From NCBI RefSeq assembly GCF_009914755.1, contig NC_060947.1: a stretch of DNA of 64,000 nucleotides; one strand, given 5' to 3'. Source of the DNA: the human T2T-CHM13v2.0 reference genome, Homo sapiens. The notes beneath the pieces are model-generated. The model ran no database searches. It was given only the letters and a program-made list of their open reading frames with translations, and was not told the origin of the DNA. Below are positions 1-19,384 of this stretch, piece by piece. Made by a program: the position numbers and the translations under genes. Position 1 is the first letter of the stretch, and every line of letters starts with the position of its first letter.

Positions 1-129
1 ACTAATATGGGGGTGGGTGAGTTCTGTCAGAGTTGTCACAGCTGAGTGTGTTCACAGAAGTTAGTGGCAAGCCTAGAGGGCACATGTCTCACAGCCTCCA
101 GGCAGACAGAAGAAGTCACTAAAGAATCA

Positions 130-750
<621 letters not shown>

Positions 751-842
751 GTGATTGTCTAAATAAGAAAACCTAAAGATACTTGAGAACTAATTTGTAA
801 TTAAGTTGTAGCCTCAGGAGACCAAAGCCCTAGATTTGTATT

Positions 843-1225
843 TGTATCAGTTAGGATTAGTTTGGGATACAAGGGACTGGAAACTCCGAATAACAGGGCT
901 TTAGAAAGAGAGTTTATTTCTTTCTTTCTAAAGAGAAGTCCAGAGTAGGCAGCCCAAAGCTGGTAGGGTGGCTTCAAAAAGTTGTCAGAGACTCAAACTC
1001 CTTCAGTCACGTGGCTCTGACATTCTCAGCAGGGGCTGTAGCTCATGACCCAAGATGGTTGCAGAACTCCAGTTATTGCACTTGCATTCCAGCCAGCATG
1101 AAGGAGGAAGGGATAAAAAAGGATGCACAGGATCTTCATTTAAGGACACTTTCTGGAAATTGCACCTGAAGTTTTTGCTTGCATCCCATTGGCCAGAATT
1201 TAGTCTCATGGCCACACCCTGGCAT
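843..1225 (-). mobile_element. Old MaLR LTR (MLT1J/K-like)
   Basis: TGTATCAGTTAGG start, CCAAGATGG and CCCATTGGCCAGAA motifs typical of reversed MLT1. Confidence 0.6.
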
Positions 1226-1394
1226 TTAGAGTCTCACTAGGCTATTGGCTGGAGGCTGTCCTTAGCTCCTTGAGGCCACGTGGGATTTCCCCACATGGCT
1301 GCTTGCTACCTCAAAGCCAGCTAAGGAGAGAGAGACTCCATCTCTCCCAAGGATGCAAGGGACGTGGGGAAGTATAGTCTTTGCTTCAACAGCT

Positions 1395-1995
<601 letters not shown>

Positions 1996-2069
1996 CCAGG
2001 ACTTGCTACATAAATTGTGGGGCCTGGTGCAGAATGAAAATGCAGAGCCCCTTGTTTAAAAGATTATTA

Positions 2070-2704
<635 letters not shown>

Positions 2705-2944
2705 TCAACCAAACACAGGGACCTTTTGAGTGTGGTGCCCTGTGTGGCTTATGCACCCACGTAGTTGGCCCTGTCATTCCAGCCAGGAAGGAGAAAGGAA
2801 CTAAGATCACTGTGGCAGTAGCACGTGGCTACAGGCCACATCTTGCAGAGCACCTTCTGTGGAAACAAAGGGAAAATACACTCACTGCTATTGTTTTTGC
2901 CTATGCAGCTTCCATTCCCCCTCCCTTTGGTAACAGTACCTCTT

Positions 2945-3560
<616 letters not shown>

Positions 3561-3579
3561 TCAGGAGGGCTAGAAGGAC

Positions 3580-4410
<831 letters not shown>

Positions 4411-4545
4411 AAGGAGTTCTTACTTAGGACTGCAAGAGAGTAAGTGTCCCTCCAAACAAGGCAGAATCTGTATGGCCTTTTCTTACCCAGCTTTGGAGCT
4501 CTGCTGTTGGTGGAAGCAGTCAGAATTCCATCCATCAGGGGCAGG

Positions 4546-4960
4546 TGTCCTAGCTTGCTCCTGCTGCCGTAACACAATACCACAGGCTGGGTGGCTTAAG
4601 CAACAGATAGTAATTTTGTCACAGTTCTGGAAGCTAGAAGTCCAAGGTCAAGGCGCTGTCAGGATTGGTTTCTGATGAGGCCTCTCTTCCTGGCTTATAG
4701 ATGGCCGCCTTCTCACTGTGTCGCCATACGGCCTTTCCTGTGTCGCCACACGGCCTTTCCTGTGTGCATGCAGAGAGAGATCTCTCTGGTGTCCTCCTCT
4801 TCTCATAAGGACACCAGTCTTATTGGATTAGGGCCCCATCCTATGACCTCATTTAACCTTAAATTATCTCCTTAAAGGCCCTATCTCCAAATATAACCAC
4901 ACTGGGAGTTAGGGCTTCAACATATAAATTTGAGGGAGTTGTGCAAATCAGTCCATAGCA
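4546..4960 (-). mobile_element. MLT1A-like LTR
   Basis: CACAATACCACAGGCTGGGTGGCTTAA...ATAAGGACACCAGTC...CAGTCCATAGCA. Confidence 0.8.
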
Positions 4961-5254
4961 GCAGGGGCCATAGACCTGACCTCTTGATGGCAGAGGTGTT
5001 AAAGAATTTGGGCCGTATTTTACAACTGTCGTGGTCCCTTAATTTTCCTCTAGGAAACCATCCTTCCCCCCTTCAATCCACATGCTTTGATCAGAGCTTA
5101 TTTCTATTCTACCTCTCAGAGTGAGCTATGTATCCTGGTTGGTCAATTAAAGTATCACATTCCCATGGCCACAGTGATAGTTTCTGAGATGGGTATGTGA
5201 CCTTGATTGGTTCAGTTGCCCACAACAGACACAATTCCAGTTAGTTTAAATAGT

Positions 5255-5670
5255 GTATCAGTTGCCTATTGCAGCATAAGAGATCACTCCCAAAACTCAC
5301 TGGCCTAAAACAACCACCATTTATTTAGCTCATGGTTCTGCTTGGACTGCACCAGGCTGGGTAGATCTCAGCTGGTCTTATTCATGTGGCTCTGTGTAAT
5401 TGGCAGGTTGGTTGGGACTGGCTAGTCCCAGATGGCCTCACTCACATATCTGGAGGTTGGTTGGCTAGCAGCTGGGGTGACTATGCCATGCGTCTCTCAT
5501 CTTCCAGCAGGCTAGCTCTGGCATATTCACACATTAGTAGTGTTCCAAGAATGGCAAGTGCGCAAGCCCCTATGCACAAGCACTTTTCAAGGCTCTACTT
5601 TGGTCACTTTATTAATACTTTGTTTACCAAAGGAAGTCTCATGGCCCACACAGATTTAAAGGGTGGTGGT
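5255..5670 (-). mobile_element. Old MLT1 (H/I-like) LTR
   Basis: TGTATCAGTTGCCTATTGC...CCCAAAACTCACTGGCCTAAAACAACC. Confidence 0.6.
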
Positions 5671-5979
5671 GGAGGATTTGATAGACAGATGTTTAGAGTG
5701 CTCCATGATTCCCCTCCTGGAATTCATGCCCATACATAAACTTCTCTCCTTCAGTGTGGACACAACCTGTGACTTGCTTCTAAGCAATAGAATACGGCAA
5801 AGGTGATGGGATGTAGGTGATTATGTGGCTACATTATAAAAAAGTGTAGCACCATCTTGGTGCAGTCTCTCACTCCTTTGCAGGTTTTGAGAAAGCAAGC
5901 AGCCATGTTGGTAAATTCCATGTGGCCTCAAGGAGCTTCAGGGCAGCCTCCAGACAACAGCTGCAAGAAACTGAAGTCT

Positions 5980-6235
5980 GGCTGGGCACCGTGGCTCATG
6001 CCTATAAACTCAGCACTTTGGGAGGCCAAGGCAGGAGGGGAGATCACTTCAGCCCAGGAGTTTGAGAGCAGCTTTGGCAACATAAGGAGACCCCGCCTCT
6101 ACAAAAAGTTTAAAAATTAGCCAGGTGTGGTTGTGCACACCTGTACTTCCAGCTACGGAGGAAGCTGAGGTGTGAGGATCACTTGGGCCTAGGAGGCCCA
6201 CTGCAGTCCAGCCTGGATGACAGAGTGAGACCCTG
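5980..6235 (+). mobile_element. AluJ whose tail is a purine microsatellite
   Basis: Diverged Alu dimer ending GACAGAGTGAGACCCTG. Confidence 0.9.
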
Positions 6236-6481
6236 AGAAGGAAGGAAAGAAGGAAGGAAGGAAGGAAGGAAGGAAGGAAGGAAGGAAGGAAGGAAGGAAA
6301 GAAGGAAAGAAGGAAAGAAGGAAGGAAGGAAGGAAGGAAAAGAGAGAGGAGGGGAAGAGAGGGAGAGAGAGAAAGAGAGAGAGAGGGAGAGAGAAAGAGA
6401 GAAAGAAAAAGAAAGAGAGAAAGGAAAAGAAAGAGAGAAAGAAAAAGAAAGAAAGAAAAAGAAAGAAAGAAGGAAAGAAAG
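6236..6481 (+). repeat. Polypurine tract with (GGAA)12 and GA/GAAA repeats
   Basis: ~245 nt of A/G only; 12 consecutive GGAA at 6252-6299. Confidence 0.95.
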
Positions 6482-6791
6482 CAAGCCCTACAACCATGAG
6501 GAACTGAAATCTGCCAACAACCAATGATCTTGGAAGCAGATCCTTCCCCAGTCAAGCCTCAGATGAAAACACAGCCCCAGCCAACATCTTAACTGCAGCT
6601 TTGTGAGACTCTAGGCAGAGGCCTCATCTGAGCTGTGCCCAGATCCCTTAACCACAGAAATGTAGGTTGTTCTAAGCTGTTAAGTTTGTGGCCATATTGT
6701 TACACAGCAACAGATAACTAATACAGAGGGCAAGACTCTGTGGCTATTTTTGTTATGTGAGTCGATTATTACGTTGTCTGTACTTTATGGA

Positions 6792-7491
<700 letters not shown>

Positions 7492-7689
7492 GAAGTACTT
7501 CAGTGTAGATTGTGCGATATGTATGTATATTTTTGTTGTTTTAATGTATACTGTAGAAGAGGTGAGTTAACACTAAAATATCCTAATGAAGAATGCTTAG
7601 TTAGCATCTGAAAAGCTCAAATCAGAAATCCACACTTCAAAGACAGCTACCAGAAGCACATTAGCTACCTAAATCTATACCATAGGGTT

Positions 7690-7825
7690 GCCAGGCATGG
7701 CAGCTCATGCCAATAATCCTAGCTACTCAGGAGGCTGAGAGGCAGGGGGGTCTCTTGAGGCCAAGAGTTCAAGACCAGCCTGGGCAACATAGCAAGACCC
7801 CATCTCTCAAATACACAAATAGATA
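7690..7825 (+). mobile_element. FLAM (free left Alu monomer)
   Basis: Single monomer; flanks AAATCTATACCATAGG/AAATCTATGCCAGTAGG. Confidence 0.85.
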
Positions 7826-7873
7826 AATCTATGCCAGTAGGTTCACCAAATAGCATAAAGAATGTTAGAAATA

Positions 7874-8239
<366 letters not shown>

Positions 8240-8594
8240 TTAAAATACTGTACTACCACGTCTGCAATTATCAGAAGCAGATCTATGAATCTAGCACACC
8301 AAACACTCTCAGGAGTCATGTTCCAGGCCACAGATTTTGTTTACTCCTTTGGCCTGCCATCCAACAGAAGACATTGAACCTGTTCTAACTGGAGGGTTAG
8401 TTGAATCCTGCTACTTAAATATTGTCACATCTATGCCCAGTGTACCTTTCATGCAAGGTACTTGTTGGCATGCCTAAGGGCAGAGACTTGGCACTTCACT
8501 AAGTTACAAGAGCATATTGCATGACTGTTTTTGTGCCAGTTTGTAAGAAATGTTATTACGTGTGACTGCTAATGCTGTTGGAGGCTGGCTATAA

Positions 8595-9080
<486 letters not shown>

Positions 9081-9332
9081 TGATCTTTTGAAAAATGATT
9101 TTTAACATAACACCTGGCAGTGAGGTTGTGAAGGACAGGACAAATAGCCCTTACCTTGCTCTAGACCAGGGGCTCTTAACCTGAGGTTCAAGGATAGAAT
9201 TCATGGGGCAAAATGACATCTTCATTTTTACTAGCCTCTAAGTGAAATTTGGCATTTCCTTCTATTACAAGTGTAGGCAACAAACCACAGTAGTATTAGC
9301 AGTACCTGTGAATTTGTCCCTGATCAAAATCA

Positions 9333-9647
<315 letters not shown>

Positions 9648-9697
9648 TTATGCTCATCAACACTATGAAATGACTGTAGTTATTAGACCAGCTATAG

Positions 9698-10053
<356 letters not shown>

Positions 10054-10268
10054 TCACAACTTTGTTTTAATAATTTGATAATGCTTTCAATGTCACCGGT
10101 TTCCTTTGTAATCCGATATATTTATTTATGGATAAGGACTGGATTCTGGAGGCTTCTGCTGTTCATCAGATAGCCCCAACATATGACGTACACTCAAGGC
10201 CAGGCTGATTAAAATGGTGGGATTGGAAGCTCATGTTTCAAACTGTCTTTTGATTTTTTTCAATTTGA

Positions 10269-10718
<450 letters not shown>

Positions 10719-11663
10719 ATTAGTATTTTAACATACAGTTTCTTCACAGGAATCCTTTTAAGCTCCATGGCTCATTTGGGAGTTAAGTTAAAACTAGGTC
10801 ATATGATCAGTAAATCCTCATCACTAGGCACCTGTAAGCTGCAGTGCGTCACAGTATGCTGACAGTGGAGGAGGAAGCAGGCTTCCAGCTCTTCTGTTAC
10901 AGTCACGCAGGTGCCACCTGTGACCACGACTCACGGTTTATGGGCCAGATAAGGGCATTCACGAGTGGCAATCTGCAATGGCAAGCATAAATGGAAGCTA
11001 TTCACATGGATTTGAATCTACAAATTAAAAAGGAATTAATCTCAATACTTTCATTACAACTTTATGTATAGTTCTTATACTAAACACTAAGAAATTAGAG
11101 TTGTAAGGTTGTTCACACACCTCAATGGACAGCATAAGCCTTTGGTATTAGCATTTTTTTGGCAATCACATGACACAATAACTTCATGTGGCATTTACAA
11201 AAGCCCCTAGGTAATATTCACTCATGCATTTATTTTATTTATTCATTCACTTATGCATTCATTCATCAAGTATTTATTTGTCACTCTTCCATGCTGGCTT
11301 CTTTGCTAGCTGCTCAGATTCCAAGATGAATAATCTATATTCTCCACCTTCCCTTGGCCACGGTCTAGGAGAAGATGAGCAGTGACCAGTCCTGGAACAC
11401 TGGGAGGAGGGTGCCCACATAGGTGGGTATGGGGGCAGGGGGCTAGGAAGTGACCCCTTGTCTGGATAGAGGGGATGCATTGGGAGTGGGCTAGGAAGCT
11501 GGAGACAATCTTCCAGACTCACAGAAGGAACTCACAGTGGGATGTTGGGGCAGTTGCTCATTATGGCTGCTGGGTGCATGGTGAGTGGCAGGAAGCAGGG
11601 TGGGGCCAAAGCCTGGAATACAAAGCTGTATTCTCCTTTGGAGGACTCAAATATACCATACAG

Positions 11664-12010
11664 CAGTGGTCCCCAACCTTTTTGGCACCAGGGACCGGTT
11701 TCATGGAAGACAATTTTTCCACAGACAGGGAGGTGGGGTGGTGGGGGGATGGTTTCAGGATGAAACCGTTCCACCTCAGATCACCAGGCATTAGATTCTC
11801 ATAAGGAGTGCGCAACCAAGATCCCTCACATGCACAGTTCACAATAGAGTTCATGCTCCTATGAGAATCTAATGGCACCACTGATCTGAAAGGAGGCGGA
11901 GCTCAGGCTATAATGCTTATTTGGCCACCACTCACCTCCTGCTGGGCAGCCCAGTTCCTAACAGGCCACGGACCAGTAGCGGTCCTCAGCCCGGTGGTTA
12001 GAGACCCCTG
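11664..12010 (+). mobile_element. MER1B (hAT-Charlie)
   Basis: CAGTGGTCCCCAACCTTTTTGGCACCAGGGACCGG...GACCCCTG; 8-bp TSD-like CCATACAG/CCATGGAG. Confidence 0.9.
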
Positions 12011-12410
12011 CCATGGAGTGATGGGATAGATTTTTTAGTGCAGAATATAGTTTTTTTGGATCACAGACAGAACTTGTCATTTATTTTGACCTGTTGAGAT
12101 AGTTTTCTATCCATCCTGATTGGTCCTACATGTTACACCATGAAAGTGATTGATTAGGATTGTGCTACCTAATGCAAATCACTAAAGGCAACAAATTCTA
12201 CTGAAGGGAAATGTGTAAGGTGACAGACGCTTACCTGCGCTTCGGCTCTGGGTAGTGATAGGGAGAGAACAGTTGAACCACTTTCTCTCCATTTTGGTGT
12301 TATTTCAATTTCAAATAAATCGCTGAGGGAGTGAAAAATCCCTGGCCAGAAAATACATTCTGCCACGCTATGGTATAACAGCAAAAACCTTCCCTATGAA
12401 AACAATGAAA

Positions 12411-12697
12411 GGCCAGGCACGGTGGCTTATGCCTGTAATCCCAGCACTTTGGGAGGCCAAGGTGGGCGGATCACCTGAGGTCAGGAGTTCAAGACCATCC
12501 TGGCCAACGTAGTGAAACCCCATCTCTACTAAAAATACAAAAATTAGCCGGTGTGGTGGCTGGTGCCTGTAATCTTAGTTACTCGGGAGGCTGAGGCAGG
12601 AGAATCACTTGAACCTGGGGAGGCAGAGGTTGCAGTGAGCTGAGATTGCTCCATTGCACTCCAGCCTGGGCGACAAGAGCGAGACTCTGTCTCAAAA

Positions 12698-12729
<32 letters not shown>

Positions 12730-12730
12730 A
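12411..12730 (+). mobile_element. AluS with (GAA)n tail
   Basis: Full dimer. Confidence 0.95.
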
Positions 12731-13065
12731 GGAATCTGTGGCATCTAATTTTCCTCCAGCAAGTTCTTGTTCAATAAAGCAATGACCATTGCCAATGACC
12801 AGTTTCTCTTCTACACGACAGTGTCCAGATTTGGACATTTGGAATTTCCCACTTGGGAGACTCTGACACCATTTGAAATAATGATAGGGAGTTGAAAAGT
12901 TGATGTTTCTTTTCCCGTTTTAGTATGGTAAAATTGGCCCAGGTATTTTTGTCTTCCCAAATATGCACAAGGATGTGGCTGCTGGTGGCGGAAGGCAGAG
13001 GCGGGAGCCCGGCCTTTTCATCTTTGCATGGACAATTGGAATTCCAGCCAGGTTGTGGTCACTGA

Positions 13066-13383
<318 letters not shown>

Positions 13384-13546
13384 TACTCTCACCTTCTATC
13401 TGCCGCTAGGTTAGAGAAGATTGCTGCAATGCAAACGCTTTCCCAATGTACCAGGTCTCATCTCACTGTGTCTCAACACACCTGTTCTTGTTCTTGGGGA
13501 TGCCTTGCCAGAAGGCTTCTGAGTAGCTCCAATCGAGACTGGTTGC

Positions 13547-13849
<303 letters not shown>

Positions 13850-14283
13850 TGATTGGGGCATAACTGTCATTCTGGGGCCTCTCTTCCTCATTGTGGCGAT
13901 TCCCTCTGACTCCATCTTCCAGGGGATGCCCAATTTTCTGGATCTCACATTTTCCTTTTTCTTGATTTTTCCTAACATTTTGGCAGATCATCTTTTCCAG
14001 TAGCTTCCTGAGAAAGAATGCGTGAGCAGCAGGTTTCTGAGACCTTGTGTATCAGAGAAATATTTTTCTATACTCAACTGATAGTTTGGCTGAATATAGA
14101 ATTCTAAGTTGAGTCATTTTCCCTTAGAATTGTGAAGGCATTTTTCCATTTTCTCCCAAATTCGTGTTGCTGTTGAGAAGTCCAAAGTCATTCTGATTCT
14201 TGAGCCTCTGTATATATAGTTTTTTCTTTAGACACTTCTAAGATCTTTGTTCCCAATGTCCTGAAAGTTCATGATGATATACA

Positions 14284-14577
14284 TTTTTGTTGAGACAAGG
14301 GTCTTGCTCTGTTGCCCAGGTTGGAATGCAGTGGTACAAACATGGCTCACTGCAGCCTCAATTTCCTAAGCTCAAATGAGCCTTCTGCCTTAGTCTTCCA
14401 TGTGGCTGGGACCACTTGCACGTACCACCGTGCTTGGCTAATTTTTTAATTTTTTGTAGAGATGGGGTCTTACTGTGTTGTCCAGGCTGGTCTCAAACTC
14501 CTGGGCTCAAGTGATCCTCTCACTTCAGCCCCACAAAGTGCTGGTATTACAGGCTTGAGCTGCTACTGTACCCAGCC
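14284..14577 (-). mobile_element. AluJ
   Basis: Diverged reverse Alu; ATGATATACATTT on both flanks. Confidence 0.9.
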
Positions 14578-14756
14578 AATGATATACATTTATGTGGGTC
14601 TATTTTTCCATTGTATTAGGTATTCAATGATCCTTTCAATCTATAAAATCATGTCCTTTAGGTATGGGAAATTTTCTTGAACTATTTCTTCGATGTTTTC
14701 TTCCTCTTTGTTTCTCTGTTCTCCCTAAAACTTTCATTTGGACTTTTGGAATAATC

Positions 14757-15059
14757 TTTTTTTTTTTTTTTTTGAGACAGAGTCTCACTCCGTCACCCAG
14801 GCTGGAGTGCACTGGTGTGATCTCGGCTCACTGCAACATCTGCCTCCCAGGCACAAGTGGTACTCTCACTTCAACCTCCTAAGTAGCTGGGACCACAGGC
14901 ATTTGCCACCACACCGGACTGATTTTTGTATTTCGGGTAGAGATAGGGTCTTGCCATGTTACCCAGGCTGGTCTCGAACTCCTGGGCTCAAGTGACCTGC
15001 CCACCTCGGCCCCCCAAAGTGCTGGGATTATAGGCGTGAGCCACCGTGCCCGACCTGGA
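14757..15059 (-). mobile_element. AluJb-like
   Basis: Reverse dimer. Confidence 0.9.
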
Positions 15060-15292
15060 CTAATTATTTTTTTAAAAACTTTTCTATTTCTCATCTCATT
15101 TTCTTTTCTCTATTTTTTGGGAAATGTTCCCAACTTCACCTTCCAATGCTTCTACTTAATTTTTCATCTCTGCTGTCATATTTTAAATTTCTAATAACTC
15201 AAATTTTATTCTCTGAACGTTCCTTTATATTCCCTGAATGCTGCTTTTTACTGCTATTAAAATAATGCCTCTTCTGGGACCTTATTGATAGC

Positions 15293-15293
<1 letters not shown>

Positions 15294-15326
<33 letters not shown>
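15294..15326. repeat. (TG)n microsatellite
   Basis: ~16 GT units. Confidence 0.95.
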
Positions 15327-15328
<2 letters not shown>

Positions 15329-15537
15329 GGTTACATTTCTCAGCATAGTCTCTATTTCCTCCAGCTTGCTTTTATCTGCTTGTTTGGGTCTTGATCATGT
15401 ATGTTAGAGGCTTTCCTTAGATTAGATGCCTGGTGACCCCCAGTTACTGGTCCACATTTTACAGCAGGGCACTTAAAAACTGAGGGGAAGCGTATGTGTG
15501 TAGATAAGCCTTGCCAATTGCAGACTTCACTCTAGAG

Positions 15538-15726
15538 CAGTGCTTTTCAAAGTGTGTTCCCGGGATGGGCAGCATCAACCGCAACTGGGAACAGCTAAGA
15601 GATGCACATTCTCAGGCTCTACCCCAGATTTACTGGATTAGAAATCCTGGGGGCAGGGCCTGGCAGTCTGTGTTTTAACAAACCCTCCAGGGGATTCGAA
15701 TGCAGCCTCACATTTAAGATCCCCTG
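15538..15726. mobile_element. MER5A
   Basis: CAGTGCTTTTCAAAGTG...CTGTGTTTTAACAAACCCTCCAGG...CCCCTG. Confidence 0.8.
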
Positions 15727-16360
15727 CTCTGTGGTGATCTGGACAAGCCTTTTCCTTGGGAAATCTCTGATGTCAGTATCAGTCTCCTTCTGAGAGGGTC
15801 TAAGCCTGAATGTCAAGTTCCTAGGAGCTGAGAGGGCAGGAGAACTTGGCTGGGGGCACAATATTCAGTATGACAACTTACACCTAATCTCCCTGTTTCC
15901 AATTGGGCATCCTATCCTTAACTATGCCTAGTCTCTCTATCTGAAGACACTCCCCCACCCCCCTTTAAAAAAAAAACCGTCCACATAATAAAAGTCCTGT
16001 CCAGGGCAGGGGGTGGGGGTGAAGGAACAGTCCCTCGGGTACACAGAGCAGGGAATGGCATCCGAATATCTGACTGCTGCTTAAATGGACTTTCAATGGA
16101 TCCTCCTGTTTTGGGTCCTGGTTTCACCTTTACTTCCAGAAGCACCTGGTGTTGCCACTTCTGAGTCTTTGGGAGGGGAGAGGGGATTCGAACAGCTTCT
16201 CACCTATCCCCAATACCACATTGAGTCAGCTTCCTCAGCCCTGCTATAAGTTAGTTACCCTGCAACTTTCTGCTCTCCAGTTTCCAACACTCTGGTCTGT
16301 TTTCTCTTTTTCTGTCCTCCTTATATTTACAGGTGAATGCCCTTTAAAAATCCCTTTACT

Positions 16361-16653
16361 GGACGGGCGAGGTGGCTCACGCCTGTAATCCCCAGCACTT
16401 TGGGAGGCCGAGGCGGGCGGGTCACGAGGTCAGGAGATCCAGACCATACTGGCTAACAAGGTGAAACCCTGCCTCTACTAAAAATACAAAAAAATTAGGC
16501 GGACGTGGTGGCGGGCGCCTGTAGTCCCAGCTACTCAGGAGACTGAGGCAGGAGAATGGCATGAACCCGGGAGGCGGAGTTTGCAGTGAGCAGAGATTGC
16601 GCCACTGCACTCCAGCCTGGGCAATAAAGGGAGACTTCGACTCCAAAAAAAAA
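16361..16653 (+). mobile_element. AluY
   Basis: AGAATGGCATGAACCCGGG; flanks AAAATCCCTTTACT/AAAATTCCTTTACT. Confidence 0.93.
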
Positions 16654-17137
16654 ATTCCTTTACTATTATTTTAATGAAGCTTTGGAATGAAGCAGAGGAA
16701 TGAATGCATGGGTTCAATCCTCCATCTTTAACTAGACATATCGTTATTCTCTTTGGGGCCTGGGAACTATAAACCATCAATGAGAGAACAGGGTTTCCAA
16801 AGTTGCTCCGTGCTGCTGCTACTGTAATCGGGGCTGGGGGCTCTGGCTGTACTGTGGCCTATCTGGGCCTCCTGGGTACAAGGGCAAAGGATCTAGGGCC
16901 TACTGTCATTTTGGCAGAGGACACTTCTGAATATAAGGCTCTCATCACTTGCTCAGAGGCCGAGCGTTGCCCCTTGCACCCCCAAGCCCCTCCATACACC
17001 TCCCCGCTCTCACCTCCCTTCTCCGGACCAAAAGCACTGGTGCTCCTGCCCCTGCCTGTTCCCTCACACCTAGAAGGGCCCCTCTCTCCCCTTTGCCTGC
17101 CCAAACCCTGACCAATCCTTAAAGTCCAGATGAGGTT

Positions 17138-17461
17138 GGCCGGGCGCGGTGGCTCACGCCTGTAATCCCAGCACTTTGGTAGGCCGATGCGGGCGGATCA
17201 CGAGGTCAAGAGATCGAGACCATCCTTGCTAACATGGTGAAACTCCGTCTCTACTAAAAATGCAAAAAAAAAAAAAAAAAAAAAAAAAATTAGCCAGGCG
17301 TGGTGGCTGGCGCCTGTAGTCCTAGCTACTGGGGAGGCTGAGGCAGGAGAATGGTTGGCGTGAACCTGGGAGGCGGAGCTTGCAGTGAGCTAAGATCGCG
17401 TCACTGCACTCCAGCCTGGAAGACAGAGCGAGACTCCGTCTCAAAAAAAAAAAAAAAAAAA
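17138..17461 (+). mobile_element. AluY-like with expanded central A-tract
   Basis: TSD AAAGTCCAGATGAGG; A26 linker. Confidence 0.95.
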
Positions 17462-17687
17462 GTCCAGATGAGGCACCGCTCATTCTCTATGTGTGCTTTG
17501 GCTTCTCTCTGACTTCATGAACTCGTAGTCAGCATCACATAACTTAGCCCTACAGCATCACTCCACGAAAACAAGAGCCATCTCTGACCTTTCTTCTGGG
17601 CCCAACATCATGCTAGGAACACCATGGAGACTAAAAATATTTTTTTCATTGATCGGTGAGGACATACTGTAATAATCTCATACATTA

Positions 17688-17918
17688 TTGCAACCTCTGC
17701 CTCCCAGGCTCAAGCAATTCTCCTGTCTCAGCCTCCAGAGTAGCTGGGACTATAGGCTTGTACCACCACGCCCCAGCTAATCTTTGTAGTTTTCTTTTTA
17801 GTAGAGACGGGGTTCTGCCATGTTGCCCAGGTTGGTCTCGAACTCCTAGCCTCAAGTGATCCACCCGCCTTGGCCTCCCAAAGTGCCAGGATTACAGGTG
17901 TGAGCCACTGAACCCGGC
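17688..17918 (-). mobile_element. Alu lacking its 3' end
   Basis: Begins at TGCAACCTCTGCC with no T tail. Confidence 0.88.
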
Positions 17919-17971
17919 CATCTCTTATATTCTTGATTATCAATATATATCCATTATTAATGATGTATTAA

Positions 17972-18476
<505 letters not shown>

Positions 18477-18531
18477 ACACAATATGTATTTTTAAAGTGA
18501 CAAGCAGTATCGTCAATTTCTCTTTCCTCAT

Positions 18532-18861
<330 letters not shown>

Positions 18862-19080
18862 TAAGACTAGTTAACAGTCTCTTTTTTATAATAGAATTTC
18901 TACCTGACAGGTTTTTCTTAAACGCATAAAGGAATACATTGTACAAACTGTGTTTGAACAAGTTTTTCAGAAACCAAAATGAATTCACTAATAGTCCCAT
19001 TATAACACATTAAACAGCTTTCATTTTTCCATGTTTCCTTTCAATCTCCTTCTAATCCACTGTTCAAAAAAACTGAGACA

Positions 19081-19380
19081 AGCCGGGTACAGCGGCTCAC
19101 ACCTGTAATCCCAGCACTCTGGGGAGGCCAAAGTGGGAGGATTACTTGAGCCCGGGAGTTTGAGACCAGACTGGGCAACATAGTGAGAACCCATCTCCAC
19201 AAATAATTAAAAAATTAGCCAGGTGTGGTGGCACGTGCCTGTACTCCCAGCTACTTGGGAAGCTGAGGTAGGAGGATGGCTTGAGCTCAGGAGCTTGAGG
19301 TTATAGTGAGCTATGATCACACCACTGCACTCCAGCCTAGGTGACAGAGTGAGACTCTGTCTCTAAAACACAACACAAAA
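19081..19380 (+). mobile_element. AluJ
   Basis: GCTATGATCACACCACTG; TSD-like AAAACTGAGACAA/AAAACTGAGGCAA. Confidence 0.92.
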
Positions 19381-19384
19381 CTGA

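Larger units (their letters stand above)
5680..6725 (+). mobile_element. MLT1E-like LTR interrupted by an AluJ
   Basis: CCTGTGACTTGCTTCTAA...GGAAGCAGATCCTTCCCCAGTCAAGCCTCAGATGA...GATAACTAATACA. Confidence 0.75.
13900..16740 (-). mobile_element. HAL1-like / ancient L1 ORF1 and 5' region, interrupted several times
   Basis: TGATAGTTTGGCTGAATATAGAATTCTA...TTGCTGTTGAGAAGTCC...ATTCTGATTC, typical of antisense old L1/HAL1 ORF1. Confidence 0.6.

Noticed and set aside
6049-6555. Leu/Ser/Phe/Pro-rich ORFs of 101-168 aa
   Set aside because: They come from the stop-free complement of the purine microsatellite.
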